64,000 bases of DNA from a bacterium (GTDB lineage Bacteria; CSSED10-310): assembly GCA_049652745.1 (NCBI GenBank), contig JBASEY010000033.1:20159-84158 (forward strand), given 5' to 3'. Under the pieces are notes generated by a model. It did not search any database. It saw only the letters and a list, made by a program, of their open reading frames with translations, and was not told the DNA's origin. Every line of letters starts with the position of its first letter. Positions within the stretch are counted from its first letter, which is position 1. Positions 1-6,954 of this stretch are shown here, one piece after another. A program made the translations under genes and the position numbers.

Positions 1-1
1 T

Positions 2-1780
2 GAACTGCTCGAGGCGGGAATGCAGAAGGATATTCGGCCGCTGGGTCGGTCGTCGCGCGGTCATGGAAGCGTGGCGGCGTACGATAACTCAAACCCGACG
101 CAATATTATTACGGCCCCGAAGAAGCCAATGTGCTGTATGCCGATGACATGCAACTGGCCGTAGCGGGAGGGGGATTGATGACAGCCTATGAGATCGGAT
201 TTTATACGGATGCGTCGGCTTCCTATCCGGTCACGGTCACCGCAAGGTTGTATAACGGGGCTCCCGACGGCGGAGGCACGGAGATTTCGGGCACGGCGAA
301 ATCCTGGACGATAACCGAGACCGGTTCCAATGCGTGGCTTTTAGTAAATGAACTGACTACGCCGATCACTATTCCGGAAACAGTCTATCTGGTCGTGTCG
401 TCGAACAGAGTAAATACCGGATGGATGGTATCTGGGCAAGCCAATTTAGGTTATACCGACGATTCATTTTGCCAAAAAATAAAGATTTGGATTTTCGAGT
501 TGTGGAGTTGTGGTCTAAGTTTCGAAGATGACGTTTGGGCCGGCTTCTATGCGACGATTTACCTCGATATGGAGCTCGATCCATGTGTGGAGTGTCCTCC
601 GGAAGGTGTTTTGGAGGGAGAGCCGCCTTGTGGAACGGGTTACGTCGACACCTATAACGGCGGCTGCAATAGTTCACCGGCGGTATTTCAACCGATTGCC
701 AACGGCGACATCATTTGCGGCCAGACCGGGACTTACGCGTTTGGTTCCGGCACCCATCGCGATACAGATTGGTTTGTGTTCACGTTGGCGGAAACCTCCA
801 TGGTCGAATGGCAGGCGTACGGCGAAGCTCCGATACAAGTCGCTTTGATCAAGCCTGGACTGGCGATTCCCGACGGATGTGCCGACCTGGAGGTCTTGGC
901 CGGCGCAATTTCCTATTACTGCGAACCGGCTCAGGTCCAATACTTATTGGATCCAGGAACATACTGGGCTTATGTGTCGATCAAATCAGGTTCCATTGGC
1001 TATCCTTGTGAAATTCCCTATGTCGCTGCGCTCAATTGGGGACCTGCGGCGTCGGAGACATGTGGTGCAGGAAGCATTTTTTCCCAACCTTTCGCCGGTG
1101 AAGTAGTCTACGTCAACTCAGATAACAATGCCGCCATATTGGCCGCTGATGATTTTTCCGGCGTGACAGCACCGATCAAGGTAGTGGAATGGTGGGGCGG
1201 CAACCTGAATAACAGCCCCAGTTGGCACGCCTGTTCCAAGCCCAACACGAATTTTGTCATCACATTTTACCAACCGGGCACGCTGCCGGGCTCTGTGGCA
1301 CGCCAGGAAACGGTGACGGCCACCCGTAGCGCCACCGGTCAGTACATATTCGGGAATGAAGGCTATGGATATAGTTATAAATACAGAGCTGAACTCGCCA
1401 CACCGCTCTCCTTATCCGCGGGCTGGATATCCATCGCTGCGGTCGACAGCGGAAGATGCTGGTTTATGTGGGGTGATGCCGGAGAGCCGCCGGCCAACGG
1501 CAGCCCTTACGTTCAAAACACGGGTAGTGGATGGGCGATAAGTACGGAACCGGATCAACACGTCGATCTGGCGTTCTGCTTGCTCGAAGAAGTCGTGATT
1601 CCAACGGAAACGCCTATTCCACCGACTGAAACGCCGATTCCGCCGACAAATACGCCGATCTCTCCGACAGAAACACCGGTACCTCCGCCCATTCCGTCCA
1701 CATCGCCTACCGGTCTATTTTTTGCATTGCTGGCGATCGGCATATTAATCGTATTGCCGGTATTGAGAAAAACGGTTTAA
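2..1780 (+). CDS. Secreted Cys-rich PPC-like surface protein, paralog A. It is 5'-partial because the frame is open to the window edge. The C-terminus is a Pro/Thr linker followed by a TM-anchor-like tail.
   Basis: Frame 2 is open from nt 2. One ~155-aa module has the Cys-rich motif CVECPPEG...CG..YVDTYNGGCNS...ICGQTG followed by RDTDWFVF...GTYWAYV (PPC-like D.DW[FY].F). The VEWWGGNLNNSP...NFVITFYQPG domain is shared with the paralog at 2368. The tail is (PTETPIP)x4-STSPTG-LFFALLAIGILIVLPVL-RKTV. Confidence 0.8.
   Translation, partial: ELLEAGMQKDIRPLGRSSRGHGSVAAYDNSNPTQYYYGPEEANVLYADDMQLAVAGGGLMTAYEIGFYTDASASYPVTVTARLYNGAPDGGGTEISGTAKSWTITETGSNAWLLVNELTTPITIPETVYLVVSSNRVNTGWMVSGQANLGYTDDSFCQKIKIWIFELWSCGLSFEDDVWAGFYATIYLDMELDPCVECPPEGVLEGEPPCGTGYVDTYNGGCNSSPAVFQPIANGDIICGQTGTYAFGSGTHRDTDWFVFTLAETSMVEWQAYGEAPIQVALIKPGLAIPDGCADLEVLAGAISYYCEPAQVQYLLDPGTYWAYVSIKSGSIGYPCEIPYVAALNWGPAASETCGAGSIFSQPFAGEVVYVNSDNNAAILAADDFSGVTAPIKVVEWWGGNLNNSPSWHACSKPNTNFVITFYQPGTLPGSVARQETVTATRSATGQYIFGNEGYGYSYKYRAELATPLSLSAGWISIAAVDSGRCWFMWGDAGEPPANGSPYVQNTGSGWAISTEPDQHVDLAFCLLEEVVIPTETPIPPTETPIPPTNTPISPTETPVPPPIPSTSPTGLFFALLAIGILIVLPVLRKTV
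1601..1684 (+). repeat. In-frame tandem repeat of four 21-nt units encoding (P-T-E/N-T-P-I-P/S)x4. It forms the linker before the C-terminal anchor of paralog A.
   Basis: Units ccaacggaaacgcctattcca, ccgactgaaacgccgattccg, ccgacaaatacgccgatctct and ccgacagaaacaccggtacct are directly visible. Confidence 0.8.
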
Positions 1781-1899
1781 GGGGTGAGCTTTATTTTGAA
1801 GACGGCGAGTGTTCGTGGTTTTTCAAAACACTTAAAAAGACTGTGGCGTTTGGGTTAACGGCAAGCTTCACCCGCAGACACTGACAATGTGTTATTTTT

Positions 1900-1938
1900 C
1901 CGCGGTGTGATATCGATGTCGCACTGCGGCTCTTTTTA
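1900..1938 (+). terminator. Candidate intrinsic terminator downstream of paralog A.
   Basis: Imperfect inverted repeat ccgcggtg...cactgcgg (7 of 8 bp), followed by the T-rich ctcttttta. It lies about 120 nt after the stop codon. Confidence 0.35.
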
Positions 1939-2079
1939 CGGGAACCATCTATGAAAAGGCAGACATTCAGAGAAATAAAAATTTCTTTTCGAACCTTTTT
2001 ATATCATTATAGGCAAACACTTTCACTTTGAAGATTTACCCCCAGACATCTGATCGATCGATTATTTTTTTTGCGCCGC

Positions 2080-2108
2080 TTGACAAATTCATTTTCTTCT
2101 GTTAGTAA
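2080..2108 (+). promoter_or_regulatory. Candidate sigma-70 promoter for the paralog B transcript.
   Basis: TTGACA at 2080-2085, a 17-nt spacer, then TAGTAA at 2103-2108. Confidence 0.35.
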
Positions 2109-2246
2109 TTATTATTGCTGTCAACAAACTCTACTGTGGTGTTGCGGTGTTGTATTTAGGGGATAAGTGTGAAGGGGGATGGTGATTTAATCACATGCTG
2201 GTGAATGCATTGACGCCACGGGCAATAGTCTCTACAGAGCAAATTC

Positions 2247-2290
2247 CGGTCTCCGCCGGAAGGGTGTATCCGGTATGGAGACCGTTTTTT
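2247..2290 (+). terminator. GC-rich hairpin plus U6 tract in the 5' leader of paralog B. It is a candidate attenuator or sRNA 3' end.
   Basis: cggtctcc at 2247-2254 pairs with ggagaccg at 2277-2284. An inner ccgga/tccgg pairing sits between them. tttttt follows at 2285-2290, 78 nt upstream of the ATG at 2368. Confidence 0.45.
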
Positions 2291-2367
2291 ATGTCTATAG
2301 CTCATGAAACAGGACTTGTTTCATTGAACTCAACAAACCGTGTAATGCGGAAGGGAGGAATTTTTCT

Positions 2368-4743
2368 ATGAAGAAAATGTTAATGTTAGGTTTTATCGTG
2401 CTGATTTTCTGTAGTTATGTCGCTGCGGAAACCGGCCAACTCAGCGCGAATACGCGCATAATTCAGCTCAATAGGATCGAAAAGAATATATTGAGCCCGC
2501 AGGTTTCTTCCGGCGATTGCAGTTCGGCATCGAGCTATCTTGCCAAATCAGACACGATCATCGAGAACCTGAGCCTGAACAAAATGGACTCGCCAATCAG
2601 CGCCGAGACAAAGCTGGATGCCCAGGTAATTCAGGAGCGGAACAGCCGTCAAAACTGTCCTGGTCTTCTGGCCTACAGCAATACTGACATCGAAGGTTAT
2701 TTTCCACCTGCGAACAACGTGAGCATAGCGGATGACATTATTTTGAATGTTGCGGGCGGAGGAGATCTGGTTTGCTATGAAATCGCATTTGCTTATGGAG
2801 CTTTCGTAGCCCCCCAAGTCAACGTCAACGCAGCCTTATACAATGGTCGTCCGGATCAGGGCGGGCAGTTGATTCCCGGCACCGAAGCAACGTGGGTGTT
2901 TGATTCCAGTGTTGAAGTGGGATATTATTACACCCTTACTGCAGAACTGGCAACGCCGGTTGCTATCCCGGAAATCGTTTTTCTTGTGATGAGTAAAAAC
3001 GCCGGTGGTAATGACAATGGATTTGCAGTTGCCGGAGCGGCGGAAATTGGGTATACGAACGATTGGTTTTGCATGCAAAATCCCGGCTGGATATGCGGCT
3101 ATTATTTCGGCGGCGACCCCTGGGCCGGATTTTTTGCAGAGTTGTATCTGGATATAGACCTGGAACCCTGTGTGACGTGTCCTCCCGGTGGGATCTTGGA
3201 AGCTGAACCGGCTTGCGGACCGGATTACGTGGATACCTACAATGGCGGTTGCAACAGTAACCCACCGGTTTTTCAGGCCATTTCCAGCGGGAACGTCATC
3301 TGTGGTCAGACCGGAGTGTTCGAAAACAGCGACTCGACCATTTCTCGTGATACCGATTGGTTCTCATTCACACTTGGCGAAGCCATGCTGGTCGAATGGG
3401 AAGTTTACGGTGAAGCTCCAATGCTTGCCGCAATTGCCAAACCGGGATCTGCCGGATGTGATGACTTTGAAGTTCTGGCCCTCGACACCGCAAATTATTG
3501 TGAAACTGTTTATCTTAGCGAAGTGTTGCCTGCGGGAACATACTGGGTTATCGCAATGGTCGATAATTTCTCAACATATTGGGAATGTGAAATTCCCTAT
3601 ATTGCATCGTTCAACACTATCAGCCTGACCCCGTGTGTGAGTTGTCCTCCCGGCGGTATTCCTGAAGGCGAACCTCCTTGCGGACCAAATTATAATGATA
3701 CGTTCAACGGCGGTTGCAACAGCACCCCATCCGTATTCCGACCTATTAGCAACAACAACGTCATCTGCGGCCAGACCGGTGTGTTCGATTATTCCGGAGA
3801 CACCTATCGTGATACCGATTGGTTTGTGTTCCAAGTCACTGAATACAGCTTGGTGGAATGGGAAGCCTACGGTGAAGCTCCAATGATGGTTGCTCTGATC
3901 GATCCGGGAGTAGCCATGCCCGATGGCTGCGCCGACATGTCGATTTTGGGTGTCGGCGTGTCACAGTACTGCGAAACCGCGACGATCAAACGCCTGGTGG
4001 AACCTGGCACGTATTGGGCTTTCGTATCGCTTGATACATTTAATGAATTCTTTGCTTGCGAGATTCCATATGTTGCTACGATTCACTGGGAACCTGCCGA
4101 TCCTGAAGACTGCGGTCCGGATACCATTTTCCCGCAGCCCTTTGCGGCGGAGGTCGTCTATGTCAATTCCGATGCCAATTCCGGTATCATCGTAGCGGAT
4201 GATTTTTCAGGTCTGACAGAGGCGATCACTGCGGTGGAGTGGTGGGGCGGCAACCTGAATAACAGCCCAACCTGGCATGGATGCACCAAACCCAATTCGA
4301 ATTTTGTCATCACCTTTTATCAGCCCGGAGCAGTTCCCGGGGCCGTCGTTTATCAGAAAACCGTCACAGCAGTTAAAACCCAGACCCTTCAGTTTGTATT
4401 TGGTAACACAGCTTACGGTCCTGTGATGAAATACAGAGCCGAGTTGCCGTCATCTGTCAGCATTCCCGCCGGGTGGATTTCCATTCAAGCTGTTGACAGC
4501 GGGACTTGCTGGTTCATGTGGGCTGATTCCGGAGCGCCGCCTGCCTCCGGCAGCGCTTTCGTTAGAGACTCAGGCTCAGGTTGGGAACTCGACGCGGAGC
4601 CAGATAATCAAGTTGATCTCGCTTTTTGCCTGATCGGCGGTGAACCACAACCCATTCCTGCCACATCACCCGTTGGTATCAGCATAGCATTGCTTGTCAT
4701 TGGAATTATGATCGCTCTGCCGATGCTGAGAAAATCTCTGTAA
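2368..4743 (+). CDS. Secreted Cys-rich PPC-like surface protein, paralog B. It has a signal peptide, two tandem ~155-aa modules, the conserved C-terminal domain and a TM-anchor-like tail.
   Basis: A GGGAGG RBS precedes an N-terminal MKKMLMLGFIVLIFCSYVAAETG. Two modules each carry C..CPPGG...CGP.Y.DT.NGGCNS...ICGQTGVF plus RDTDWF.F. The C-terminal domain resembles paralog A. The tail is SPVG-ISIALLVIGIMIALPML-RKSL. Confidence 0.85.
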   Translation: MKKMLMLGFIVLIFCSYVAAETGQLSANTRIIQLNRIEKNILSPQVSSGDCSSASSYLAKSDTIIENLSLNKMDSPISAETKLDAQVIQERNSRQNCPGLLAYSNTDIEGYFPPANNVSIADDIILNVAGGGDLVCYEIAFAYGAFVAPQVNVNAALYNGRPDQGGQLIPGTEATWVFDSSVEVGYYYTLTAELATPVAIPEIVFLVMSKNAGGNDNGFAVAGAAEIGYTNDWFCMQNPGWICGYYFGGDPWAGFFAELYLDIDLEPCVTCPPGGILEAEPACGPDYVDTYNGGCNSNPPVFQAISSGNVICGQTGVFENSDSTISRDTDWFSFTLGEAMLVEWEVYGEAPMLAAIAKPGSAGCDDFEVLALDTANYCETVYLSEVLPAGTYWVIAMVDNFSTYWECEIPYIASFNTISLTPCVSCPPGGIPEGEPPCGPNYNDTFNGGCNSTPSVFRPISNNNVICGQTGVFDYSGDTYRDTDWFVFQVTEYSLVEWEAYGEAPMMVALIDPGVAMPDGCADMSILGVGVSQYCETATIKRLVEPGTYWAFVSLDTFNEFFACEIPYVATIHWEPADPEDCGPDTIFPQPFAAEVVYVNSDANSGIIVADDFSGLTEAITAVEWWGGNLNNSPTWHGCTKPNSNFVITFYQPGAVPGAVVYQKTVTAVKTQTLQFVFGNTAYGPVMKYRAELPSSVSIPAGWISIQAVDSGTCWFMWADSGAPPASGSAFVRDSGSGWELDAEPDNQVDLAFCLIGGEPQPIPATSPVGISIALLVIGIMIALPMLRKSL
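3160..4089 (+). repeat. Two tandem 465-nt intragenic modules (3160-3624 and 3625-4089). A third copy lies in paralog A at about 575-1039.
   Basis: The protein-level repeats LEPCVTCPPGG...ASFN and LTPCVSCPPGG...ATIH are in register. At the nucleotide level they have diverged. Confidence 0.6.
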
Positions 4744-4751
4744 GTTTTTTT

Positions 4752-4801
4752 AGAATCCGCAACACAGCCGCAAGGATTACCCTGTTGCGGATTCTTTTTT
4801 T
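4752..4801 (+). terminator. Rho-independent terminator after paralog B.
   Basis: gaatccgcaaca..tgttgcggattc is a perfect ~12-bp stem. It is followed by cttttttttt. Confidence 0.75.
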
Positions 4802-4816
4802 AAAAGGAGAATGACA

Positions 4817-6862
4817 ATGAAAAGCCTGTTTCGATATTCGATACTGTCGGTGCTGATTTTCAGCCTTTCCCCTATCTATGCTCAGACTTGGGTCGAGGTT
4901 ACCGATAAGTTGGGGCTGACCGGCACACCGTCCTTTCGGATTTCGATCGTCGATCTGAACGGGGACGACTATCCCGACTTAGTGGTTCATGACGCCGTCG
5001 ATCATGCAAATTGGGATGTCATGAACAAAATGTATGTTTATTTGAATGTGGAAGGCGATACATCAGGCACTCGCAAGTTCATCGATTTCACTGAAGAATC
5101 CGGTATTCGTGCCAACAGGCGCGGGACTAAAGACGGCCGTCACTCCGACCTGGCTATTTTCGGTGATATCAATAACGACGGTTATCCGGACTATTTTGCA
5201 GGCGTGTATTACCATCGTCATACGTTCATACCCGAAAATATCGAATGGCTCGATACCAGCGAAGTTTTCTTGAATGACGGCACTGGCCGCTTCACGTTGG
5301 TTCCGGATACGCTCTTCTTCGACGGTGGTCTGACCAATGTTTCAAGCGCAGTTTTCGCTGATTTTGACCGTGACGGCAACCTGGACCTATTAGTCGGCAA
5401 TTGGTTCACCAAATATTTCGGCGGAACCGGCGACGTGTTCGCTCCAGATCAACTTTTCCGTGGCAACGGTGACGGAACGTTTCAAGACATGTCGGGAACA
5501 TCTGGCATACAGAACCCGGAAGTTCTCCAGCCGACTTACGGCGCTGCCGTCGCCGATGTCGATGAGGACGGATATCCGGATATTTTCCTCGGCAATTACT
5601 GTCGAGACAAATCGAAACACCTTCGAAACAACGGCGATTGGACCTTTACTGAAATTCATGAAACGTCGAATTACGGTCAATATGTCGGTCCCGGCAACTG
5701 CGCCTCCCACACCTGTTCATGGGGTTCCATGCCGCGGGATTTCAACAATGATGGTCATATCGACCTGTTCACGATCCTTGTTCACGGCTGTAGAAAAGTG
5801 ATGTCGGCGCCTTTGATCAACGATGGCACCGGCGTTTTCACCTGGGATTTCGATTGTATCAAAAGCCGCCTGGACGATGATCCGGCCAAACTGCACCATG
5901 GCGATCATTTTGCGACCTGGGTTGACTGGAACAACGACGGACTTGTCGATTTGATCCTGTCTGAAAACGGTTATGACAACAACCGGTTTTATATTTTTCG
6001 CCATGAACCGGATCACACACTCCAAGTCATTACACCGTCAACAGCGATGAGTGTTTTGAATACGGAAAATGTCTCGGTTCATAATGTTTCCGTTTTTGAT
6101 TTCGACCTGGACGGCGACGATGACATCATCATCGGCTCCGGTGACGGCGGACCTCTCCGAGTCTTCAGGAATGATATCGGGAACGCCAAAAATCATTTGA
6201 CGGCTACACTGGTCGGGGCCGGCAAACCAGGATTCAGCAACACATCGGCTATCGGCGCCAAAATTCAAGTGACCTACGGCGACACTACAATCACCCGCGT
6301 CGTGCGAGCCGGCGACGGCCATTTCGGCCCTCAAGTCCCGTTCAGACTGAATGTCGGTTTGGATACCGCCGCGCAGGCTGACCTGGTCACAATCACCTGG
6401 CCTAATCTTAGCCAGGATGTCTACAAGCTCAAAAAAATACCCGCCAATTCGCACATACGAATTTATGAGAATCCCGATCCGATTAAAAACGCGTCCGGCA
6501 CACGCCTATTCATCCCCACCGCTCATGTAACGCCAGGGGACCGCTTCAGCGTTTGGAGCTATTTATACAACAATTCCACACAAACCATGAAAAAGATTCC
6601 TTTTATGGCTGTCTTGGAAGTCGCGGGTATGTATTGGTTCTGGAACACCTGGTCGGAAGATGTCGGATATGATATTGTCGATGTCGACCCAGGCGTGACC
6701 ATGATAAACATACTGCCGGAATTTCAGTGGCCGGATACCGGAGACGGATCATTTGACGGCATCAGGTTTTACGCTGCCATGCTGAACGACTCGATGGACG
6801 ATATCATCGGCGGTTTTGACGGTTTGGGCTTCGCGGAATTTGGTTACGGCCCGAAAAAATAA
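4817..6862 (+). CDS. CRTAC1-family secreted protein with FG-GAP beta-propeller repeats and an ASPIC/UnbV domain.
   Basis: A signal peptide MKSLFRYSILSVLIFSLSPIYAQT follows an AGGAG RBS, spaced for the ATG at 4817. FG-GAP loops include DLNGDDYPDLVV, FDRDGNLDLLVGNW, DVDEDGYPDIFLGNY, FNNDGHIDLF, WNNDGLVDLIL and FDLDGDDDIIIGSG. The UnbV-like segment is AIGAKIQVTYGD...HFGPQ...VTITWPN. Confidence 0.8.
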   Translation: MKSLFRYSILSVLIFSLSPIYAQTWVEVTDKLGLTGTPSFRISIVDLNGDDYPDLVVHDAVDHANWDVMNKMYVYLNVEGDTSGTRKFIDFTEESGIRANRRGTKDGRHSDLAIFGDINNDGYPDYFAGVYYHRHTFIPENIEWLDTSEVFLNDGTGRFTLVPDTLFFDGGLTNVSSAVFADFDRDGNLDLLVGNWFTKYFGGTGDVFAPDQLFRGNGDGTFQDMSGTSGIQNPEVLQPTYGAAVADVDEDGYPDIFLGNYCRDKSKHLRNNGDWTFTEIHETSNYGQYVGPGNCASHTCSWGSMPRDFNNDGHIDLFTILVHGCRKVMSAPLINDGTGVFTWDFDCIKSRLDDDPAKLHHGDHFATWVDWNNDGLVDLILSENGYDNNRFYIFRHEPDHTLQVITPSTAMSVLNTENVSVHNVSVFDFDLDGDDDIIIGSGDGGPLRVFRNDIGNAKNHLTATLVGAGKPGFSNTSAIGAKIQVTYGDTTITRVVRAGDGHFGPQVPFRLNVGLDTAAQADLVTITWPNLSQDVYKLKKIPANSHIRIYENPDPIKNASGTRLFIPTAHVTPGDRFSVWSYLYNNSTQTMKKIPFMAVLEVAGMYWFWNTWSEDVGYDIVDVDPGVTMINILPEFQWPDTGDGSFDGIRFYAAMLNDSMDDIIGGFDGLGFAEFGYGPKK

Positions 6863-6954
6863 ACATTCTGTGAGCTTCACCATCACTTACCTACTGTAAG
6901 CTCCAAGAGAATAATGTAATGTGACCTTATATTCTTATTTAAGAAAGGCCTCCA

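Noticed and set aside
369-1106. Several 75-106-aa ORFs (369-677 -, 528-848 +, 674-940 -, 715-1011 +, 879-1106 +) overlapping paralog A.
   Set aside because: All lie within and out of frame of, or antisense to, a long conserved-domain CDS. They are Arg/Ser-rich low-complexity translations typical of spurious frames.
1225-1243. A sigma-54-like -24/-12 match, TGGCAC-gcctg-TTCCA.
   Set aside because: It lies inside the coding sequence of paralog A. The -12 element has a mismatch. It has no sensible downstream gene start.
2548-4195. Multiple antisense or alternate-frame ORFs inside paralog B (for example 2963-3265 -, 3188-3628 +, 3571-3834 -).
   Set aside because: They are embedded in a well-supported 791-aa CDS with a signal peptide and repeated domains. 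They have no RBS or motifs.
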